Below, piece by piece: positions 12,101-27,100 of a stretch of DNA of 64,000 nucleotides. Under the pieces are notes generated by a model. The model had not been told where the DNA came from. It did not search any database and saw only the letters and a list, made by a program, of their open reading frames with translations. How positions within the stretch are numbered: position 1 is the stretch's first letter; every line of letters starts with the position of its first letter. This stretch comes from Phyllobates terribilis (taxonomy: Eukaryota), in the NCBI RefSeq assembly GCF_046119375.1, contig NW_027362767.1, positions 421,290,001 to 421,354,000 of the forward strand, given 5' to 3'. The position numbers were made by a program, and so were the translations under genes.

Positions 12101-15100
12101 TTTACCCACAAAATATACAGTATTAACCCCCCTATGCATAAGTGATAAATGTATGAGAGCGGAGGGCCGACCACAGATGATAAGGGCGTAGGGACCCAAA
12201 GTCTCCTGTGTGAATGTAACAGGAGTGTGCGTGCCGGACCACCGCTCTATACGCTTCTATGGTCTGGTAGTGTGCGTGCTGGATCACCTCTATATACACT
12301 TCTATGGACAGGTATTGTGTGTGCCGGACCACCGCTCTATACACTTCTATGGACTGGTATTGTGCGTGCCGGACCACTTCTCTATACACTTCTATGGACT
12401 GGTATTGTGCATGCTGGACCACGCTCTATACACTTCTATGGACTGGTATTGTGCGTGCCGGACCGCTTCTCTATACACTTCTATGGACTGGTATTGTGCG
12501 TGCTGGACCACGCTCTATACACTTCTATGGACTGGTATTGTGCGTGCCGGACCACCGCTCTATACACTTCTATGGACTGGTATTGTGTGTGCCGGACCAC
12601 CGCTCTATACACTTCTATGGACTGGTATTGTGCGTGCCGGACCACTTCTCTATACACTTCTATGGACTGGTATTGTGCATGCTGGACCACGCTCTATACA
12701 CTTCTATGGACTGGTATTGTGCGTGCCGGACCACTTCTCTATACACTTCTATGGACTGGTATTGTGCGTGTCGGACCGCTTCTCTATACACTTCTATGGA
12801 CTGGTATTGTGCGTGCTGGACCACGCTCTATACACTTCTATGGACTGGTATTGTGCGTGCCGGACCACTTCTCTATACACTTCTATGGACTGGTATTGTG
12901 CGTGTCGGACCACCGCTCTATACACTTCTATGGACTGGTATTGTGCGTGCTGGACCACGCTCTATACACTTCAATGGACTGGTATTGTGTGCGCTGGACC
13001 GCTTCTCTATACACTTCTATGGACTGGTATTGTGTGCGCCGGACCGCTTCTCTATACAATTCTATGGACTGGTATTGTGTGTGCCGGACCGCTTGTCTAT
13101 ACACTTCTATGGACTGGTATTGTGTACGCCGGACCGCTTCTCTATACACTTCTATGCACTGGTATTGTGCGTGTCGGACCACCGCTCTATACACTTCTAT
13201 GGACTGGTATTGTGCATGCTGGACCACTGCTCTATACACTTCTATGGACTGGTATTGTGCATGTCGGACCACCGCTCTATACACTTCTATGGACTGGTAT
13301 TGTGCATACTGGACCACCGCTCTATACACTTCTATGGACTGGTATTGTGCGTGCCGGACCACTTCTCTATACACTTCTATGGACTGGTATTGTGCGTGTC
13401 GGACCGCTTCTCTATACACTTCTATGGACTGGTATTGTGCGTGCTGGACCACGCTCTATGGACTGGTATTGTGCGTGCCGGACCACTTCTCTATACACTT
13501 CTATGGACTGGTATTGTGCGTGCTGGACCACGCTCTATACACTTATATGGACTGGTATTGTGTGCGCCGGACCGCTTCTCTATACACTTCTATGGACTGG
13601 TATTGTGTGCGCCGGACCGCTTTTCTATACACTTCTATGGACTGGTATTGTGTGCGCCGGACCGCTTCTCTATACACTTCTATGGACTGGTATTGTGCGT
13701 GTCGGACCACCGCTCTATACACTTCTATGGACTGGTATTGTGCATGCTGGACCACTGCTCTATACACTTCTATGGACTGGTATTGTGCGTGTCGGACCAC
13801 CGCTCTATACACTTCTATGGACTGGTATTGTGCATACTGGACCACCGCTCTATACACTTCTATGGACTGGTATTGTGCGTGCCGGACCACTTCTCTATAC
13901 ACTTCTATGGACTGGTATTGTGCGTGTCGGACCGCTTCTCTATACACTTCTATGGACTGGTATTGTGCGTGCTGGACCACGCTCTATACACTTCTATGGA
14001 CTGGTATTGTGCGTGTCGGACCACTTCTCTATACACTTCTATGGACTGGTATTGTGCGTGCTGGACCACGCTCTATACACTTCTATGGACTGGTATTGTG
14101 TGCGCCGGACCGCTTCTCTATACACTTCTATGGACTGGTATTGTGTGCGCCGGACCGCTTTTCTATACACTTCTATGGACTGGTATTGTGCGTGTCGGAC
14201 CACCGCTCTATACACTTCTATGGACTGGTATTGTGCATGCTGGACCACTGCTCTATACACTTCTATGGACTGGTATTGTGCGTGTCGGACCACCGCTCTA
14301 TACACTTCTATGGACTGGTATTGTGCATGCTGGACCACTGCTCTATACACTTCTATGGACTGGTATTGTGCGTGTCGGACCACCGCTCTATACACTTCTA
14401 TGGACTGGTATTGTGCATACTGGACCACCGCTCTATACACTTCTATGGACTGGTATTGTGCGTGCCGGACCACTTCTCTATACACTTCTATGGACTGGTA
14501 TTGTGCGTGTCGGACCGCTTCTCTATACACTTCTATGGACTGGTATTGTGCGTGCTGGACCACGCTCTATACACTTCTATGGACTGGTATTGTGCGTGCC
14601 GGACCACTTCTCTATACACTTCTATGGACTGGTATTGTGCGTGCTGGACCACGCTCTATACACTTATATGGACTGGTATTGTGTGCGCCGGACCGCTTCT
14701 CTATACACTTCTATGGACTGGTATTGTGTGCGCCGGACCGCTTTTCTATACACTTCTATGGACTGGTATTGTGCGTGTCGGACCACCGCTCTATACACTT
14801 CTATGGACTGGTATTGTGCATGCTGGACCACTGCTCTATACACTTCTATGGACTGGTATTGTGCGTGTCGGACCACCGCTCTATACACTTCTATGGACTG
14901 GTATTGTGCATGCTGGACCACTGCTCTATACACTTCTATGGACTGGTATTGTGCGTGTCGGACCACCGCTCTATACACTTCTATGGACTGGTATTGTGCA
15001 TACTGGACCACCGCTCTATACACTTCTATGGACTGGTATTGTGCGTGCCGGACCACTTCTCTATACACTTCTATGGACTGGTATTGTGCGTGTCGGACCA

Positions 15101-18100
15101 CTTCTCTATACACTTCTATGGACTGGTATTGTGCGTGCTGGACCACGCTCTATACACTTCTATGGACTGGTATTGTGTGCGCCGGACCGCTTCTCTATAC
15201 ACTTCTATGGACTGGTATTGTGTGCGCCGGACCGCTTTTCTATACACTTCTATGGACTGGTATTGTGCGTGTCGGACCACCGCTCTATACACTTCTATGG
15301 ACTGGTATTGTGCATGCTGGACCACTGCTCTATACACTTCTATGGACTGGTATTGTGCGTGTCGGACCACCGCTCTATACACTTCTATGGACTGGTATTG
15401 TGCATGCTGGACCACTGCTCTATACACTTCTATGGACTGGTATTGTGCGTGTCGGACCACCGCTCTATACACTTCTATGGACTGGTATTGTGCATACTGG
15501 ACCACCGCTCTATACACTTCTATGGACTGGTATTGTGCGTGCCGGACCACTTCTCTATACACTTCTATGGACTGGTATTGTGCGTGTCGGACCGCTTCTC
15601 TATACACTTCTATGGACTGGTATTGTGCGTGCTGGACCACGCTCTATACACTTCTATGGACTGGTATTGTGCGTGCCGGACCACTTCTCTATACACTTCT
15701 ATGGACTGGTATTGTGCGTGCTGGACCACGCTCTATACACTTATATGGACTGGTATTGTGTGCGCCGGACCGCTTCTCTATACACTTCTATGGACTGGTA
15801 TTGTGTGCGCCGGACCGCTTTTCTATACACTTCTATGGACTGGTATTGTGTGCGCCGGACCGCTTCTCTATACACTTCTATGGACTGGTATTGTGCGTGT
15901 CGGACCACCGCTCTATACACTTCTATGGACTGGTATTGTGCATGCTGGACCACTGCTCTATACACTTCTATGGACTGGTATTGTGCGTGTCGGACCACCG
16001 CTCTATACACTTCTATGGACTGGTATTGTGCATACTGGACCATCGCTCGATACACTTCTATGGACTGGTATTGTGCGTGTCGGACCACCGCTCTATACAC
16101 TTCTATGGACTGGTATTGTGCGTGTCGGACCGCTTCTCTATACACTTCTGTGGACTGGTATTGTGCGTGCTGGACCACGCTCTATACACTTCTATGTACT
16201 GGTATTGTGCGTGCCGGCCCACTGCTCCGTTCATCTGTCTGCCCCAGCACATAGTGGTGGTTTTGCAGCGATTTCCTACTGTGCATGCGATCACAGCTAG
16301 ACCCCCGATCTTCCGGCTCCCACCTCCTGGTCCCGGCCCCCGTCAGGGTGCGACCCCTGAATACTCCAGTCCGGCTTTGATTCTCAGAACTTTTCTCCTC
16401 TCTTCAGGTCGAGGATGGAAACAACTTTGTGGACAACAGGACGTTCATCACCGAGGCGGCGTCTGCATTAGACGAGACAGACGTTCAGTCCCAGTCCTCA
16501 GAGTCCAACGGTATCTACTACCCGTCGTCTCTGCACGTGACCCTGCAGGAAGAAAGGTAACCGATGAGTATCTGGGCTGTAGTCTGTACTGTGCCCCTCT
16601 GGTATCAAATATTATGTCCCCGTCTTCAAGTAGTCCCGGCGGGCTGTCCCCCTTCCCCTTGCGACCACTCGCTTCCCCCTGCTGTTCATCTACGTGCAGG
16701 CGCAGAGTAAGAGAGGCAGAGACATACAAAAAGTGCTGCTGCTACCTAGTAAGTGTTTATCTTAGCCAAGCAATAGATTCACAGCTACACTTCTCAGTAC
16801 TGCTGTTTGATACTAAAAAATGGCAGCATGTATGGTATCATACAGCAGTACTTATCATTGAATCCAGCACTGCGGTGAGAAATACTCAGTACTAAACAGC
16901 AGCATACCAGGTATAATACAGCAGTACTGAGCAATGTACCTGTGAATCCAGCACTGGGGTGAGAAATGCTTACCTTCTGTGCTGCTGTTTTGTAGTGCGT
17001 ATTTCTCACCCCAGGGATGGATTCACAGCTGCACTGTGATATATTTTCCATGCTGCTATTTTGTAGTATATCATATCACAGTGTAGCTGTGAATCCATCC
17101 CTGGGATGAAAAATACTCACTACGAAACGGCAGCATGGAAGGTAAGCATTTCTCACCCCCAGTGCTGGATTCACAGCTACATTACTTAGTACTGCTGTAT
17201 TATACCTTCCATGCTGCTGTTTTGTAGTCAGTATTTCTCACCCCAGTGCTGGATTCACTGCTAAGTACTGCTGTATGATACTACAAAATGGCAGCATGTA
17301 AGGCATCATACAGCAGTACTGAGCAGTATAGCTGTGAATCCATCCCTGGGGTGATTTAATTCTCGCTACAAAATAGCAGCATGGAAGGTAAGCATTTCTC
17401 ACCCCCAGTGCTGGATTCACAGCTACACTGCTCAGTACTGCTGTATAGTATCCTTCATGTGCTAATTAGAGGCAGGAATCCCTCATGTCTATGTGTGCTG
17501 TGTATGGGAGACACCATAGCAGTTAGTCTCCATCCACCAGCTCAAAGAGACCTGAAAAGTAGAGACGGGAAAAACTGGTGAAAAGTCAAAGATACAAGTC
17601 ATATAATGGCTAGAAATGGTGTTATTCCTCTTGTGCACATAGGACGGCTTATTCTGATCAGTCACCTAAATGGACAGTTACTTTAATGTTATATAATATG
17701 TTGGGTTTTTTTCTTCTATTTTTCAGTTATTTTTCTATTGAAGAACGGACTTTTGACAAGGGCAATGCCGCACTCATGGATGGGCTGTTAATCGGCTGTG
17801 ACCCAGGTAACTGCCGACACTACTGATAACTATTTCCTCTCATCTTGTCTATCTTACACTATATCTGGAGTTATCGCTGAGTATGTACAAGGTACATTTG
17901 TATTCATATTGTGTTATTAACTATGACTAAACAGCTTCTAATCTTAATCAGCCAGACATCTAGATTTGTTAAGCCAAGAGAAATACCCTATTTTTTGTGT
18001 TGACTTGTGAATGTATATGTATTTCTGTGGCTGGTCAAGAAGGACAGACCAGTATTTGTATAACAATGATTGTTGTCTTCTCTTGGTTCTGAAACAATGA

Positions 18101-21100
18101 TGTTTGTTATTATTCTAATTGCATATTATACTAAAGCCATCGTTTTGTAAAAGCCGGAGCCCCGCCCCTTGCATAGTTTCCTATGTGGCGGTCTCTGGGA
18201 AAATGGCCGCCGGAGGCGGTGCATGCGCAATGGAGATCTCAGTGCCGAGATCTCAATCTGCGCATGCACCGCCTCCGGCGGCCATTTTCCCGGACTTTCC
18301 AGCACTACTAGCTGCCTAATGTAAAATAGAAGGCAGGTCAGTTGAACGATCAGTGAGTTGTTAAAAGAGCATACAGATGAATATGTAAGCAGAGCACCAG
18401 ATAGAGCGCCCCCCACAGGCCACCCTGGAGCACGAGCATATCATTATCTCCAAACTGAAAATAAAGATTAAACAAGAACCACAGGACGGATTTCAGCAAC
18501 CAAGGTATCATTTTAATCAGTGTAATGTTGCCCACCTGACAGTGAATGTAGTTTACTGAACACAATCCTGCTGACAGGTGCGCTTTAAGGAAAATATGCT
18601 TCTGTAGCAGGCAGATTTGAAACAGATTTGAAAGAGACTTTACAAGGAGAATCAAAGATCAGACTCTTTTTCAGACCATCAGCTTGGTAGCATGGCTTTA
18701 TCCAAAGAGACACAGATTTGGATTCTACATGATTCCAGCCTAAGGGTATCGGTCCTGACTGGAAAGATGCGTATCTGCTCCATTGACCATCAGAGAGCCC
18801 ATGGATACATTTGGGGAGATCAGGTTGGGACGATGAAGTCACCTGGCCCCATGGATATGTTGTTTGGGGTTGCCAGGTGGGAACCTTCGGTCGCCTGGAA
18901 CCCATGGAGACATTCAGAGAAGCCAGATTGGGACCAACAAGTCATCTGGCCCCATGGAAACTCGGAGAGGTCAGGGGTGGGACTCTCGAGTGTCCTGGCA
19001 TTGTACCTCGATAGACTGTCAGCTTCCTAAGCTTGCCACTACCTTCTCTCTGTGAGGGCCCGCCAAAAGTGGGGGGCCACTGGTTGTGGTAGTTGGCCCT
19101 GGAAGACCTAAAGTCGCAGCTGTTCTATCCCAGGCGGGCGGAGAAGGAAGGGTGAGACTGTGTAATGTTGTACCATCTTGGGTACTTGCTGGAACTGTTC
19201 TATATGTTATTGTCTGTTTGGTGGTTCAATAAAGTATTGCCACAGTTTTACCCGCACCCTGTGTTGTCTGAGTAGTATTACGCCCACGGAAGACCGCTTG
19301 TCTTCGCATTAACCTTCATGCGCTTGTGGCTGTGCCTGGTAATGCAGCCCTGTCCTATTTTAGTGATTGGGTCAATACCAGTCATGGCCACCAGTAGAGG
19401 TATGGAGCTGCACCTTGTAGTTGGTTGAGGTGTCTGAAATCTGATTATTGGAGCGATCTGAGGGCCAGTCATCCCCTGATCAGATTCCTTCAGCTGCAGG
19501 CGGAGTAGTCCCTGAACTAACTGCTGCAAGTGGACTATGAAAGCTGCTTTTCTAATGCTCCGTTTTGTCTCTTCCTATTGGTCACCTTTTTTTGTAGAGA
19601 GAGCCCCTTTATAAGCATTGTCTCCCATCTGTTAGTGTGTGTGATTTGGTCATCAGATACACTCACATTGTCCGGACTTTTCCATAACTTGGATCGTGCA
19701 TTTTATTTTTGCAGATGAAGATTCGCTGATGTCGGAAGCGGAGCTGGATGATGATGATCCTGAGGAGAACCTCCACCCGGAGACCCCAGAACAGGAGAGA
19801 TTTCTGCAGATGCACTTCGACACGTTGGCTGATGATCTGGCTGCAGGTGACCATGGTGTCCTGAAGCATCAGATCTGTATTTTATCGGGCACACTACAGG
19901 AGAGACAGCCTGACCATTTATCCTCACCGAGGTCCTCAAGCTGTGGCTTAAAAAAATACTAAAACTCCCAGCATGGGAATTTGTGACTCTCTCTCCTTTC
20001 ATAGTGTAGAAACCTGGTGAAAGTGTGAAGTGACAGCCGACCTTTCAGCTGTGGTTTGTGGGGTCTGGCACGCACAGCCACACACACTTGTTTTTTTGCA
20101 GAAATCAGGGTGGTCTTCTACCACTTTTGCCTGGTTTCAGGACAGCACCCTCGATGCTTCTGTTAGACCTAGCGATCACATGATCGCTGAGCATCTGCCC
20201 GACATACAAGAGCTTCTGGGTCCTAACACTCTCCAGATCAGCTCTGCCAGTGACTTCTGCAGTCGGCTGGTATCCCCTGGCACTGCCGGTGACTTCTGCA
20301 GTCGGCTGGTATCCCCTGGCACTGCCGGTGACTTCTGCAGTCGGCTGCTATCCCCTGGCACTGCCGGTGACTTCTGCAGTCGGCTGCTGTCCCCTGTCAC
20401 TGGGGCTCCTATGGATGTCAGAGTTACAGTGGGGAAAAAAAAAAAAAATAGAATACATGATTAAAAAAAAAATAAAGAACCAGATGTATCACACCAGCTA
20501 TAAAGAAAGCAAAAATTAAATCTAAAAATATACCCTAGATTATATATATTTTTTTATTAAAATACATTTTAGTAGATAACCTACACAAATTAGGAATTCA
20601 CACAGCAGGTTATTTGGTGTTATAGGTGAACGGTAAAAAAAAAACACAGCTGCTAATTTATTTGCATTGCCAAAAATAGCCAGAACAATGGTGCTAAAAA
20701 ACTATACAACATCTTCCTCTTGAAACAAGACCTCATACAGAAAGAAAATGTCAGATGAAATATGCGCGTGCTTGGGGTCAATTTGACAATTCTGGGAATT
20801 TCACTTTAACCCCTTAATGACTATTGATAGAGCTATCTATTACCGTATATTATTTTTATTGTTTTACTTTTTTTGGACTCTACGTTCCAGCTGCCATACT
20901 TATTTCCCCCCCCCACACACACACACTGACGTGGCTGTGTGGTAGAAATTTGTATTTTTCGGCGCTGTTTTTTTTTTTTTTTTTTTTCCTTTGCCTTGCA
21001 AAAGTAGAATGAAGAAATGTTTTGGGGATTTTTGTATTTTTTTTTTCTTTTTTTTTTTCTTTTTCACCTTTTATGTGGATACTTCATCTGTTTAGGTTTT

Positions 21101-24100
21101 TTTTTTCCCTGTAAGTTCTCTCTAAGGGAACCCCAGCAATCTAGAGGACAGGACGCTACAGAGTCCGATCTTGAGGGCTTGAGCGGAGGTCGAGCATGCG
21201 AAGCGCTGCACTCGACTTTCTCTCGCTCTCATAGAGAATGAATGGAGCGGCGGTCGAGCATGTGGAGCGCTGCACTCTGCTTTTTCCAACCGTGCCATGG
21301 AGATTGAATGGAGCGGCGTCGAGCATGTGGAGTGCTCCACTCTGTCCATCAGTCTCATAGAGAATGAATAGAGCGGCGGTCGAGCATGTGGAGTGCTCCA
21401 CTCTGTCCATCAGTCTCATAGAGAATGAATAGAGCGGCGCTCGAGCATGTGGAGCGCTGCACTCTGCTTTATCCTTCAGTCCCATGGAGAATGAATGGAG
21501 TGAAGGTCGAGCATACGCACCACTGCTCCATACAAGACGGTGTCTCTGCAGCTCCCTGTTTTCGGAGAGACTTAAGATTCTGTAATATAATATTATATTC
21601 CGGTGTTGTCTGTGCAGAGAAGTTTGACAACTCGCTGAAAGATCTGCAGCCGGATGAGGACGATGAGACGCTGAACCCGCGCCTGAGTTTCTCTTCTAGA
21701 TTCTTATCCCGGAGTCTCAGGATGAACGGGTAACTCATCCCATTCTACAGGTCACAGCAGCTGCTTCAGGTTACAACATCTCTTGATAGTGTTCTCCTTT
21801 ATTCTACAGGACAGGATTTGCCTTTGTACCTGGCACCCTCAAGATGGCGACAGCAGTCAGCAGTGATACCAAAGTAGAACCGGAGCGATCACAGAGGACA
21901 CCAGATGTAAGAGGAGGCATTTCAGTCATAAAATCGATGGTTACAGCTGAGTCCACTTCTGTTTTTTTTTTTCTTTTTTACCTTCACAATTACATATTTA
22001 AAATATTGGTGGGGGAAGCGATACACATCTAGTGGGTGCAACACTGCAACCGGTGATTGCCTGCAGCGGTCACATGATATCAGCAGGAAAACTGACAGTA
22101 GCAGAACATGAGTGGGGTGAGTGTTGCTATATTTGCTCAAGCTTAGCCTCTGAGCTCAGTGATTGACTGCAAGACTGTCCATGTGAGGTCACCGCTGCAG
22201 CCAAACATCAGAGACTTAGAGCAACAGCGAAGACTCGGCGATGGTCCGGGGGAGGGTAAGTAAAGCACTTCTTTTTTTTTTTCATCTTTTTTTTGTTCCT
22301 TTTTAACACTAAACAGCCAGTGGACAGCAGACTGATGAAAGCGTCAACGCCTTTAAATCACTAATAAATACGATTTTATAAATATATTATATTACATATA
22401 TTTTTTTAATGTTTTATGGAAGAGGCCTGCAGAAAAGGCACCAGAGAGAACTGAAAGGAGAAAGTCTGAAAAAAACGCAGGTAAGTCCCCCTGGGGGTTT
22501 ATCTGCAGCTTCTTTACATCAGATCCCTTTGTTCTGACGTCGTCAGCCGGACCACCATGCACCCAGGCTGGTGGCGAATTTTAGCATCTAAGGAGAACAG
22601 GAAATAAAAATCATTATTTTAATCGTCTGCTTGGGAAAAAAATATAATCAAGTAATTCTCGGACGATCCTTGCTGGTCTGTGATTCCAGGTCACGTTGTC
22701 GACACACACACCGGTAATGTCCGCCATTCATCGGCTGCAGCGGTGAATCGAATCAGGACTAGGATGCACAGACCAGCAGACCCCGAGTGAGAATACAAAT
22801 TTTGCACATAAAATTATTTATTATTTCCTCCTCATATTTTCCATTTTTAGAGTTGAAGAACAGAGGTTGCGATCTTTGGTGTTCCTGGTTTCATAGAACA
22901 TAGTGGTGGGGGGAGGCTTCTGCTGCAGAGAGTTGTCTTACAGCAGGGATGTCAAACTGAAATACAGAGAGGGCCATAATAAAAAAAAAAAAAACTTGGA
23001 CAAAGTCTCGGGCCAAACTTTATATCTATTAAGAGCCTCCACACAGTATAATGGGCCCCACATATTCCTCCATACAGAATAATGGGCCCCACGTAGTCCT
23101 CCATACAGTATAATGACCCCACATACTCCATACAGTATAATGGGCCCCACATAGTCCTCCATACAGAATAATGGGCCCCACATAGTCCTCCATACAGAAT
23201 AATGGACCCACATGGTCCTCCATACAGTATAGTGGGCCCCACATGGTCCTCCATACAGTATAGTGGGCCCCACATGGTCCTCCATACAGTATAGTGGGCC
23301 CCACATGGTCCTCCATACAGAATAACGTGGGGGAGGGAGCGCTGCCGGTATTGCGGGCCAGATTTGGCGTCCTGGGCTAGAGTTTGACATGTGTCTTACA
23401 GCAAGAGAGCAGTTTGTGTGAAGGAAGAGGGACTGAAAGTGACTGATCTGGGCACGCGTCTAGAATTCTTTATGCATTTCTTTCAGAAATCAAAGAAAAA
23501 GAGCAATATATTGAAAATTTCCGGATACTTTTTATGAATTTCTTGTTTTTTTTTCTTGTTTTTTTTTTTTTTTTCTCTCTGATTTTCGATGTTTTGAGTC
23601 TGCTTTTAATTTGCGCCTTTTTTAAAGTCATTTTATGTCCTTGTCTATCATTTATTTTTTTTTCGATTTACAGTTTGTCCAGAAATCTCAAATTCCACGT
23701 CCAGTGTGCAAAAACTTCAAGTGAGCGAGAAGGCGTCCTCCTCCCGATCTTCGTTCCCCGGCTGTTGGCCGAATAAGAACAAATCCAGTAGGTGCCGATC
23801 TTACATGGAGGCCACTGCTAGTTTCAAGGCAAAAATATTTCGTAGCGTATCGATGGGAGAAAACCTCAATGGCGGCCAAGCAGAGGAGCACCGGCAGCTG
23901 TCTTGCATGTCCCGGCCTCTGTCTAGTATAGACTTACCCTCCCTAGAACAGAACAAGTTTCTTCCCGCTGAGGACGACCCCCATAAGCCTCTCCTCTCCT
24001 CTGTTTCTTACGAGCAGATCTCCTCCTTACACCAAGAGAGAGTAAAGTCTTCAGTCCTCTCCCCCAATCCTGTAAGTGATAAGCTTCTAATGCCGCCGCC

Positions 24101-27100
24101 GTCCTCCTTCGGATTTATCCCTCGCCTGAAGAAAAAGGCCAAATCTGTCAATAACCTATCGAAGATGTCTAAAAAGGAGGAGATGAAGCCCAAAGGTGGA
24201 GATGTCCAAAAGAACGTCCCTGCCCTGGAAATGCAGAAAAGAAGAAACTCCTCATCGGTCGATCGGCCACTGGAGATCCAGGACTTCCCCAGAAGAGCGT
24301 CCATAGCAGAACTTCCAAGCCACGCAAGTGCCAGTCTCCATACAAGCAGCCTTGTCATGGAAGAGGCCAACATCCCAAGAAGTGGCCCGTCCTCCCCAGA
24401 AGCGACTTCATGTAGCTGTCCTGGAGAACCAGGTAAAGAAGGACGACTCCAGTGAAAAACTTTAGAATTTCTCCTCTTCTGTTCCCCTTGTCATGCTCAA
24501 AAGTGTAAAAGCCATCCCACCGCGAAAAGGTGTACCCATCGTGATGGTTCCTAACTCAAGTTACTCACCACGTGATGTGCCTGCAGACCTCAAAATAGAC
24601 TGGGGCAGAACAGGACCTGGGCCCGGCTGTCTCACACCTGCCAATGGAAAGCCATATAGACAAGTTGCAGAACTCAAAAGGGCGGACCACGTCCCTATGG
24701 CCTGCTGGCACATAGGTGAGATAGTAGAGCTGAGACCATCCTGACTGGGTACACCTTGTCGCGGTGGGATGACTTTTTCACTTGATATTTACATGTATTA
24801 TTACTATTTACTTACTGCAGGGTATATATTCATTTGTTTTTATTCTAGATTTCATCTAGTTGAAGGGATAAAATTGCAAAGTGCTTGTAAAAACTAGCAA
24901 CGTTGCAATTCACATCTCCGTTCTTAAGAACAGAAGGATTTTTTCACTTTATAGTTTGATTGTTGCCTTGGTTATCGGCCACCTCTGCGGTTTATTCGTG
25001 GTGGACAGTTTACTAGGCAAGAAGCACGCGTTTGTAAGTGCTGCTCTGGAGCTGCGTGGAGGAGTGGTATGCTCCTAGAGAAAGAAGATGATGATGATAC
25101 TTTTTTTTTTCTCAAACCCCTTTAAAAGAATAATGCATACTAGTTGCACCCGGAGGACCCCTTTTAATGAGGGCTTGAACTTTAGATTAGGTTTATACAA
25201 GTTGATACATGCCATTCAGTGACCTAAACCATAATCTGCCTCTGGCCTTTGTCAGATGTGGAGGTCCTGGCGAGCCGTTGTGAGCAAGTAGTGGAGGAGC
25301 TTCACGACATCTTCCAAAAGACTCTACAGACCTACAAAGAGGTAAGTAATGGAATGTTTCTATGGGAGGACCACCCCGTCTAAAATCCTATTTTTCACTG
25401 CAATTTGAAAGGTTATCTCCAGAGGTTTTCTCTGTCTTATACATTAATATCTTTTAAGAAATTGACTCTGGGTACAGGATGCCGTCACCAAGAGGCTGAC
25501 ACGAAAAATGTAAAAATGTTGTCCCACCTATACAGGCACTGAGCTACGCCAGTTTTCTGCTTTTTTTCTATATTTGTTCTTTGTTGGGGTCTGTATCCAT
25601 GTTATTCCCACTAATGCAGGATGCAAGGTGCCTCCGCTGCTCCTCTGGCACTCAGAAACATAAGGGTCAGCCAGGTTCCCATCTGCTCCCGACCAGTGCC
25701 CCCTCACACTAGAGAGGCACACCGGCTGCTCTCTACTGGGAGCTGACTACAAGGATCCTAGGGAAATAAATGTGACTCCACCAGCTCTCAAGACCCATCC
25801 AAACAGCCCTTAGTAGCCCCTCTTACAAGTGCTTGTGCCTTGTAAAGCCCTCAGCTACATCCATACTCTGGCAATCAATTTGGGTCTTGCTGAATTCTTT
25901 AGCAGCGGACCTGTTCTGCACTTGGACCGTAACACTACGTTCTCTTGTGGTCAGTCTGATCCTCTGTGTAAAGTCCCACACAACTCCTTTTAAGGCCTTT
26001 GCTTCGCATTCTGAGTTTGAGGAGGTCATCCAAAAAGAATGGAAGACCCCAGACAAGACCTCCTTCTCTTGTGATAAACATTCAAACCTCATGTATCCCC
26101 TTCGAGAAGAGATTATTTCTAAGTGTTTCCAAGTCTCCAGCAGTGGTTCCTCTTGGATTTACCCTCCTAGTTTTTCATCTGGCCAAGATGCCTACTAATC
26201 CCATGGTGGATGCAGCCTCCTGTTGAAGACCTGAGAGGTCTTCCTTTGAGACAACAGACTTGGCTTTTGGGCAGACTGGTTCTGCCAACTCCACCATGAT
26301 GGCCTTTCTGCCACAACACAGGAAAAACAGGAGGTCTGTTCTCTTATACTGAGAAGTACTTTTTTTGCCCTTTTCTGCGACTTATCTCCTGCACCTCGGC
26401 TACGGTGGTTGCCATCTGCAGATCTGCCTTCGTCAAACGCCTATCGGCAGTAAAAACTTATAACAGCTCTTTAACAGCTTGGTCTTTTTGAAGGTTCCAT
26501 TCTTTTCTGGCCCAAGTGAATGAGAATATATCTGAAGCCTTAAACTAGAGTTATTCGCCCCAGACCAGGACCCGTTTCGTTGGCCCTTCCGGGAAAAAAC
26601 AAACTCCGGTTCCATTCTCTTCACAACTTTGCAAACCCTCAGTCCTCTCAACATAACGTGCAGCAGGAAGCAAATAAGAAAGATTCCTTCATTTTGTTTC
26701 CTCTCCCATCCATCCATGAAAAGGTGGTCATTCCCTTACCACCAGGCTAAGGATTCATGTTTTTTTAACTGGCCACGGATCATTTCACTCTCCCTTCCTG
26801 ATCCCCCACCAAGATAAGGTGGTGCTTAGTCCAGCTCCATCCTTTCTGTCTATAGTGGTTTTCCCCTTCTACTTAAATGAGGGTACAGTTTTGCCCCAGA
26901 TCTGCCCATCCCCATCTCGTCCTTTTGAACATTCCCTATGCAATCTTGCTGTTTCTTCTGCCTTAAACATATCCCTGTCCCTCAACTCCCCATCTGCCAT
27001 TTGGACTCACTCTTCATTGTTCCAGAACATCCGTGGAATGGTCTTCCTGGGCTATGTGTCATTCAGGCTCTGTTTTCCAAGTGTGCAAGGTGATAGTTGC

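Noticed and set aside
12228-16222. CRISPR-like appearance of the tandem arrays
   Set aside because: Contiguous monomers with no unique spacers, no cas genes, eukaryotic context.
12149-16895. Three ORFs of 1300-1560 aa on the + strand
   Set aside because: Artefact of a 44/45-bp repeat lacking + strand stop codons; all three frames are open and it lies inside an intron.
18700-19309. Possible solo LTR (AATAAA near 19228, degenerate ~50-bp repeats)
   Set aside because: No matching TG...CA termini or target duplication could be fixed.
22190-22262. Donor-like GG|GTAAGT near 22257 as an extra exon
   Set aside because: Lies in MITE-like sequence, has no clear acceptor, and is not needed for frame continuity.
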